Shown here in pieces: positions 57,705 to 64,000 of a stretch of DNA of 64,000 bases (its first letter is position 1; each line of letters opens with the position of its first letter). Below the pieces are notes generated by a model, which made no database searches, was not told where the DNA came from, and saw nothing but the letters and a program-made list of their open reading frames with translations. Source of the DNA: a virus (lineage: Duplodnaviria > Caudoviricetes); IMG/VR virus record IMGVR_UViG_3300020036_009553, positions 32,001 through 96,000 of that record; one strand, 5' to 3'. The position numbers and the translations under genes are program-made.

Positions 57705-59378
57705 TTATTTGACAAGTCTCAAAGTAGAAAAACTCATATTTCCAGCGGCATCCTTTGCTGTAAAAGTTACTACGTGAGTTCCGGCTGGGACACTTGATAG
57801 ATACCACCGAAAACTTAATGTGCTTCCCGTCACGGTTTTTCGTACCACATTATCAATCGTCAATGTTTGAGTAATTCCAGTTGCGCCTGAATCGTCAGTG
57901 GCAGTACTGTACAATGTGATTGCAGATTTGTTGGTAATGGGACTGTTATCAACAGGGGACACCACTGTAATTACAGGAGGAGTCTTGTCGTTAAAGATAG
58001 ATACATTAATAGGTGCTGATTCGCCAACGTTGCCAGAAGTATCAATAGCGATAGCCTTGACAACTCCTGTCCCATTTGTGAGTGTTCTTGTATCAACAGA
58101 GAACACATATGGGGGAGACAGTAACGTTCCGTACATAGTGCCGTTGACTGCTAGATTCACACTTTCAACGCCCTTATCGTCTGTTGCAGTGACAGTTATA
58201 TTGGTCATCCCTGTAATTGTTCCTGATGTGGGTGTTATGGTTACAACAGGAGGAGTACGATCAGGAGTTGGAACATTTATTGAACTGGCTAGTTTTAATG
58301 CTGCTCCCACATTAATGCGTCCATACCCATAATATATATCTTTACCAGGGGTTCCTAGATCTACAGCAGATGTTTGTATAATATTTTGGACTTCATCGGG
58401 TGTTAGCGCTGGGTTGACCGAAAATAACAACGCTGCTAATCCTGCTACTTGTGGACTAGAAAAAGACGTTTTTGACCAGGCACTGTACCCTCCCTCTCTA
58501 TTTGTGGTTAGGATTCCTTGACCTGGTGCTGCTACTGATATGTGATTGCCATAGTTCGAATATGTTTGCCACACGTCGTTAGCATCGGTTGCTGCCACGA
58601 CGATTGAATTGTTAGAGGTTGCTGCTACGTTCTGTAATAATCCATTGTTGCCAGCACACATAACAACGACCCCGCCCTTGCTTTTGAAATAGGCCGCTGC
58701 ATCATTAACGATGGCACTGCTTGCTACACTAGATACACTAATATTAGCAACCTTAGCTCCATTATCCGCAGCCCACCGAAGTCCTGCAGCCACCGTACTA
58801 TAATAAGCATATCCAAGGTCATCTGTTACTCTGATTGGCATGATTCTTGCATTATACGCAACAGAAGCAATCCCTAATGCGTTATTTCCTACAGCTGCTG
58901 CCACCCCAGCGACGGCAGTCCCGTGCCGAGATACATCAGCGGTATTGTTTGTATTATTCCACACATTCCACCCTGGTACTAAATTATTAATTAAATCAGG
59001 GTGAGTAGCCAGGACTCCACTGTCAAGAATTGCAATAATTACCCCAGTTCCTGTTGACGCGTCCCACCCTACTGGTGCGTTAATTTTTGATAAGTGATAC
59101 TGGCTGGGAAAAGATGGATCATTAGGTGTACCATCTAGAGGCACTCTTTTATCTACTTCAATGTGTTTAGTATTTGGATCTTTGGCGGCGTCCGACATAG
59201 CGTCGGCCACACTTTTTCCTTTTGGAACTACAATTTTTTTAATTTCCGGCGCTGCAGCATCAGACTTATTGGTAGATTGAATTAACAACACCGTTTCTTT
59301 TGTTGGGGGCGGCGTTGGCTGTCCCGCTGTTGCTGTTCCAATAGATAATGCAGCGAGTATTGGTATTAGAAATTTCAT
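57705..59378 (-). CDS. Secreted subtilisin (S8) protease with two Ig-like domains
   Basis: Signal peptide; ILDSG, HGTAVAG, AGN, TSFSSP; D.TPP.V Ig repeats; late promoter 59404-59411. Confidence 0.9.
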   Translation of the reverse strand: MKFLIPILAALSIGTATAGQPTPPPTKETVLLIQSTNKSDAAAPEIKKIVVPKGKSVADAMSDAAKDPNTKHIEVDKRVPLDGTPNDPSFPSQYHLSKINAPVGWDASTGTGVIIAILDSGVLATHPDLINNLVPGWNVWNNTNNTADVSRHGTAVAGVAAAVGNNALGIASVAYNARIMPIRVTDDLGYAYYSTVAAGLRWAADNGAKVANISVSSVASSAIVNDAAAYFKSKGGVVVMCAGNNGLLQNVAATSNNSIVVAATDANDVWQTYSNYGNHISVAAPGQGILTTNREGGYSAWSKTSFSSPQVAGLAALLFSVNPALTPDEVQNIIQTSAVDLGTPGKDIYYGYGRINVGAALKLASSINVPTPDRTPPVVTITPTSGTITGMTNITVTATDDKGVESVNLAVNGTMYGTLLSPPYVFSVDTRTLTNGTGVVKAIAIDTSGNVGESAPINVSIFNDKTPPVITVVSPVDNSPITNKSAITLYSTATDDSGATGITQTLTIDNVVRKTVTGSTLSFRWYLSSVPAGTHVVTFTAKDAAGNMSFSTLRLVK

Positions 59379-59418
59379 ATTTGTTTCTCCTATTATTATG
59401 GTTTATTTATATGTTAAA

Positions 59419-62400
59419 TTAGAAGGCTGCAATTGCCACTCTTCTCCAACCTGTTGCTCCGTACACATAAAAGAAACTATCATCCGCAAACCAATTTCCA
59501 GCATATCCAGCAGATCCAGAGTTAGCTGGCGCAGCAGCAGTTCTGGTTCCTACTAATTGCCACGATTGCTTGGCAGTAGATGGGTTAGTGGTATCACTAC
59601 ACAGGGCTTGGCTTTTTGCTGAAGGAACAGCGCCACCGACAGATACTACCCCCGTCGCCAAGATGCTTAATGAACCCAACCCAGCTGTTATGTTAAATTG
59701 TCCGTTCGCGGCTGTTCCGATCCCTGTTGTGAGGGTTATATTACCACCCGTGCCAGCAGATCCTTGTCCGCCCGTAAGTGTGATATTACCTCCGTTTGTT
59801 GATCCGTTTCCTCCAGCTATTGACACATTTCCTCCAGCTCCACCAGCGTTAGTGCCCGCTGTAGCTGTTATTCCAGCCGCTCCTCCAGAAGCAACTGGGG
59901 TTCCGGTTAGTGTAATAGTTGTAGCATCAATTAATAAATTTACGTTTATGCCATCAGCAGATCCTGTAATGGTGTTATTGAACACTGTAGCGGCTGTAAA
60001 AGTCTTTGCCCCTGTTAATGTTTCAATGCCAGCTTTGTGTACAGCGAGGGTGTCTGTTGTTTTAAGAGCTAATTGTGTATCCACATATGTCTTAGAAGTA
60101 GCAGCACCTCCAGCAGAAGGAATGGCTGGTAGCCCCAACACCTCTCCTGTTCCGCCAAATGTAATGTTTACATTATTAGTTAACACAGTGGAGAGAAGTT
60201 TGGATACAAACCCGTCATCAACATATTGTTTTGTTGCTGCTCCTAATGGAACAACTGGGTCAGCAGCGAGAATCAGCGGACCAGTAAGTGTACCCCCACT
60301 AGATCCAAATTTAGTATCAGCATATGTTTTATTGACGGCATCTGTTCCAACTACAGGAGCATTTGGTAGAGTGATTCCAACCCCAGCGCCTGATAATATC
60401 AATGAACCAGTTATCGTGTCTCCAGCTTTGTTCACACGAGTTGCTATTGCGTTGTCCACATATATTTTATTTGTGGCGTCACTATTATTAACCGGAACGG
60501 GTAACCCTGTTGTTGTTCCGGCGGTAAAAGTCAGATTTCCTGCGATTGAATCCCCGTTTTTACTAACACGGAGAGCGTCTTGTGTATCAACATATGTTTT
60601 GTTGGCGGCATCAGATGCTAGAGTTGGAGATGTTACGTTGTTAATTTGATGATTTCCAAGATTGAGCGATCCTGTCATCGGCAAAGTTCCATCTAATCTC
60701 AAATAAATGGTGTCAATGTATGATGTGTTAATTTTAACAGTGTCTGCGTTAACAGTAATTCCATCACCAGCTCCTACGTTTAATATGCTACCATTGTATT
60801 TTAATCCGCCCCCCGCTACCAACATATTTGGCCCTGAAAATTCAATCCACTTGTAGGTTGAACCATATGATCCCACCCCCCATGTTCCTCTAAATGTGTA
60901 GGAATGTCCAAAATGGGGAGATTGGCTGCTGATATTTGATCCGGTAACTGTTGGACCAACGCCTGTGACAGAAAACGCGTATGGTTCTGTTGGTGTATAA
61001 AATGAATATGTATATGGACCAATACCTGTAACTGTTGCTATTTTACCAGCTGATCCTGCAACTCCCCCTGAAGGGAGTAAGGTGAGGGGATCTTCAGGAT
61101 CTGGTTCTACAAATACCCCAAATCTATCACCAACTTGGACGTTCCTGCCTAAAATATCTATCCATCCCCATGTTTGGACCTGAGTAATTGGATCAATACT
61201 AACTACCCCATATGTAACTATTCTGTTCGCTTTTCCAACCCAAGCACCCGTGGGAGCAGCCCCAACGATATATGCTTTGTGCATTGCTATAGATGTGTCT
61301 GTTGCGGTACCATTGTTACCAACGCCAACAGGAATAGTGTTAGCAGATACAGTAACATCAGTGTCTCCTCCGTTGTTTGCTGCTGACACAACGACGTATG
61401 ACATGTTAGCACCTGGGAAGGTATTATCCGTAATGGTTAATATTTGCCCAGCAGTAAACAATGATGCATAATTTCCGGATAATTTCCATATATTTGCTGG
61501 TCCTGTGGTAGCAGATAGTACCGTGGCTGTAATAAAAGGAGGAGTTGACACAATATCTGAAAATAAATTAGGTTCCAACACAGGTTGAAGCCAAATAATT
61601 CCGTTTGCCAGTCCGTCAACATACGCTTTATTAGCTCCATCTGCAGGCAGGGTAGGGGTACTTACGTTTATGATTTTGTTTGACCCGAGATTCAACACAT
61701 TTTGATCAGGAACGGATGTGGTAAATGTCATTGTTGGAGCTAGACCAATGTTATTTTGAATAACCACCGTATTTGCGCCTGTTCCAACAGTTACGTTTCC
61801 TTTATCGATCAGTACATTGCCTGCTCCTTGAATATGGAAATCTCCTGTGCTCGCTGGATCAAACACGATGTCTGATGTACCATATGCGCGGGTTGGAACA
61901 CTTGAAAGATTCAACCCTAGTACATCTGGTTTTCCTCCTGGTAGGGGTCCAATATTGAGCGATCCTGTCATTGATCCTGATCTAGTTCCTGCTACACCAG
62001 AGTAGCCACCAGTTTTTGCAATATATAATTCATCAGATGTTTTTAAATTAACAGCATCTAAAGGAAGAATAGGATCAGCCATATTAGTAATCTGGTTTCC
62101 TCCCATGTCCACAAAGTCCGCAAATGGAACAGTTCCAACCAATACGCCTTGTTTATTTGTCTTACTTGTGTATGCATATAACTGAGGGGCAGATACATCG
62201 AACCAAAGTTGTCCTATTAGTGGGTTGGCGGGCTCTTCGCCAGCTCCAATAAACACCCCATCACCAACTACGGTTCCGGGGATATTTTGAGAGAATGTTA
62301 ACTTTGTAAAATCTCCGTCTAATTCATTTGTGGTAAGTGTAAGAACTTGATCAGCCACTCCTGTATCATCAATATATTGATAATCTCTTCCAACGACGAG

Positions 62401-63942
62401 AGCATTATCATTATAGAACTTTGCTGGTAAGAAAATTTTACTATTGACTCCTGGTACCACATTATGTACAGTGGTACGAATTCCCGTTGCAAAATTTTCA
62501 GTTATATGGAGGTCATTACGTTGAATAGCTTCCCCCCATGTTATAGTGTCATTAAATGATGCTGATCCCTTACCTATAAGTGCCAGTGGGGAAAGATCAT
62601 TTAACACATCATATTGTAAATACCCATATGATGGAACAGGCACAGGATAAAAAATCTCGCCAGTATCGTTAATGACGGGAGTTCCTGAAGTGTGTACGAG
62701 ATGGGTTACAATTTCAGTAACATTACCACCAATGTTATAAGATATGGACTCGATGGGGAGTTCATTGTAAGAGTAATAATTATTGCCTTTAACTATGATT
62801 GGACATCCCACAGTAAATTTATCTACCTGGTTTCCAGAAATTCTCCAAATCACCAAATAATTGTTTGGGGTGGTTAGCTGGATGGAGGGAGCGGAAGCCA
62901 ATGGTCCATACCCAACCGTTGGTTGAGTTGTTAACATTCCATCGTTGCCGACACCAATAGGAATCGTTCCTGTTACGGTCACAAGTGAGACAGGAGGATA
63001 CATCATTGTTTTACCACTCGCAGTAGTAGCAGGAGATATTGCTTCCGTGGTAGTAATAACAGTGTTAGCACCGGAGTTAATCGCTGATGCTACAGTGTAT
63101 TCAGCATTTGCTGTGTTTGATATAACACGAAATTTCTGATTGTGAGGATATAGATTTGCCTTATTTCCCACAATAGTGATGGTTTGAGCAGGAATGTTGA
63201 GCCCAATGATTAGATCAGTACCACTATTAGCTAATGATTGCACAGTGTATACATCATTTGCTCCTGGCAAACTGTTAGATCCAATTGAGAAATCAGAGCC
63301 GGCCGGAAGACTACACGCTGCATTTGACGCTCCGAGGAAGGTGAACGTTCCGTGTAATCCTGATGAAGCTGCAATTACGGGAAATTGTGGAGTTATTAAC
63401 GTTGTGCCAGGAAACAATGGGATAATGGTGCGATCGTTAACATAGGACGCTCCAATTGGATCCATTAGGTACGTACCATCGTATGCTCCACCAAGGATAT
63501 TAAATTGCTTGATAGTTGTCATTGTTCCAATGGCTGTTATTCCTGAAAACACCCCATCTAATGTGATAACAGTATTAGGACCAACATTAGCTGTTGCTGT
63601 AATACGATGAATACCATCTGCCGGCCCATTATTGGATATAAGAATAGCGTAGCCAACTTGAAAATCTTCGTTGCTAGTGTAATTTCCAGCAATTGTTATA
63701 GATCCATATGATACCCCCAACGCCCCAGCTGTTACAGCAACAATTGGTGCGTCAATTACTGTACTAGCGTCAAATTGTCGTGTTACTTCATCAGCAATCA
63801 CAATACGTGGCGGAGTAGTAGAAAAATCAATATCGACAATTTGGCGAGGGACTGATTGAGCGCCCGCCCCATTTCCTTCGAGAGGATATACTGTTCCTAA
63901 TACTTGCCCACTGGATAATTTAAATACATATTCTGAAGCCAT
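59419..63942 (-). CDS. Tail fibre / virion structural protein (1507 aa)
   Basis: ENFA, GQLWFD, repeated P....DA.NK.YVD and G.TM.G.L fibre motifs, Gly-rich C-terminus, W.RVAI..F end. Confidence 0.85.
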   Translation of the reverse strand: MASEYVFKLSSGQVLGTVYPLEGNGAGAQSVPRQIVDIDFSTTPPRIVIADEVTRQFDASTVIDAPIVAVTAGALGVSYGSITIAGNYTSNEDFQVGYAILISNNGPADGIHRITATANVGPNTVITLDGVFSGITAIGTMTTIKQFNILGGAYDGTYLMDPIGASYVNDRTIIPLFPGTTLITPQFPVIAASSGLHGTFTFLGASNAACSLPAGSDFSIGSNSLPGANDVYTVQSLANSGTDLIIGLNIPAQTITIVGNKANLYPHNQKFRVISNTANAEYTVASAINSGANTVITTTEAISPATTASGKTMMYPPVSLVTVTGTIPIGVGNDGMLTTQPTVGYGPLASAPSIQLTTPNNYLVIWRISGNQVDKFTVGCPIIVKGNNYYSYNELPIESISYNIGGNVTEIVTHLVHTSGTPVINDTGEIFYPVPVPSYGYLQYDVLNDLSPLALIGKGSASFNDTITWGEAIQRNDLHITENFATGIRTTVHNVVPGVNSKIFLPAKFYNDNALVVGRDYQYIDDTGVADQVLTLTTNELDGDFTKLTFSQNIPGTVVGDGVFIGAGEEPANPLIGQLWFDVSAPQLYAYTSKTNKQGVLVGTVPFADFVDMGGNQITNMADPILPLDAVNLKTSDELYIAKTGGYSGVAGTRSGSMTGSLNIGPLPGGKPDVLGLNLSSVPTRAYGTSDIVFDPASTGDFHIQGAGNVLIDKGNVTVGTGANTVVIQNNIGLAPTMTFTTSVPDQNVLNLGSNKIINVSTPTLPADGANKAYVDGLANGIIWLQPVLEPNLFSDIVSTPPFITATVLSATTGPANIWKLSGNYASLFTAGQILTITDNTFPGANMSYVVVSAANNGGDTDVTVSANTIPVGVGNNGTATDTSIAMHKAYIVGAAPTGAWVGKANRIVTYGVVSIDPITQVQTWGWIDILGRNVQVGDRFGVFVEPDPEDPLTLLPSGGVAGSAGKIATVTGIGPYTYSFYTPTEPYAFSVTGVGPTVTGSNISSQSPHFGHSYTFRGTWGVGSYGSTYKWIEFSGPNMLVAGGGLKYNGSILNVGAGDGITVNADTVKINTSYIDTIYLRLDGTLPMTGSLNLGNHQINNVTSPTLASDAANKTYVDTQDALRVSKNGDSIAGNLTFTAGTTTGLPVPVNNSDATNKIYVDNAIATRVNKAGDTITGSLILSGAGVGITLPNAPVVGTDAVNKTYADTKFGSSGGTLTGPLILAADPVVPLGAATKQYVDDGFVSKLLSTVLTNNVNITFGGTGEVLGLPAIPSAGGAATSKTYVDTQLALKTTDTLAVHKAGIETLTGAKTFTAATVFNNTITGSADGINVNLLIDATTITLTGTPVASGGAAGITATAGTNAGGAGGNVSIAGGNGSTNGGNITLTGGQGSAGTGGNITLTTGIGTAANGQFNITAGLGSLSILATGVVSVGGAVPSAKSQALCSDTTNPSTAKQSWQLVGTRTAAAPANSGSAGYAGNWFADDSFFYVYGATGWRRVAIAAF

Positions 63943-64000
63943 TATTTTTGTCCTTTGTTTATTATTGTGATACTAATATTTCTAATACATTGCCATTTGG

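Noticed and set aside
57898-60649. Plus-strand ORFs 57898-58332 and 59570-60649
   Set aside because: Shadows of the subtilase and tail-fibre genes

Overview
A 64 kb segment of a large lytic dsDNA (jumbo, T4-superfamily-related) myophage genome. This is inferred from rIIA/rIIB, tRNAs, TATAAATA late promoters, an RNA ligase, a DnaE-like fragment and a tail-fibre gene. Bases ~0.9-35.2 kb are an early/host-takeover region of small, often acidic or paralogous ORFs. Nearly every ORF there has its own near-consensus sigma70 promoter (about 55-60 by manual count), and many of these promoters lie inside sequence-variable inverted repeats. Bases ~35.5-53.3 kb are a + strand middle-gene block: DUF262, RNA ligase, nucleotidyltransferase, (p)ppGpp hydrolase-like, Pth2-like, QueD-like, macrodomain, FolE2. 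Bases ~53.4-64 kb hold late-promoter genes: SOD, subtilase, tail fibre. The most striking observations are: (1) a tRNA gene split in its anticodon loop by an HNH gene with no visible ribozyme core, close to a tRNA-Leu with a normal group I intron; (2) self-complementary promoter cassettes; (3) two homologous structured RNAs that each end in a perfect Shine-Dalgarno and a 2-3 codon minigene; (4) a gene whose coding strand is almost free of C; (5) an ArfA-like non-stop ORF; (6) several truncated host-envelope decoy-like proteins. All calls come from reading the sequence by eye; no searches were run.
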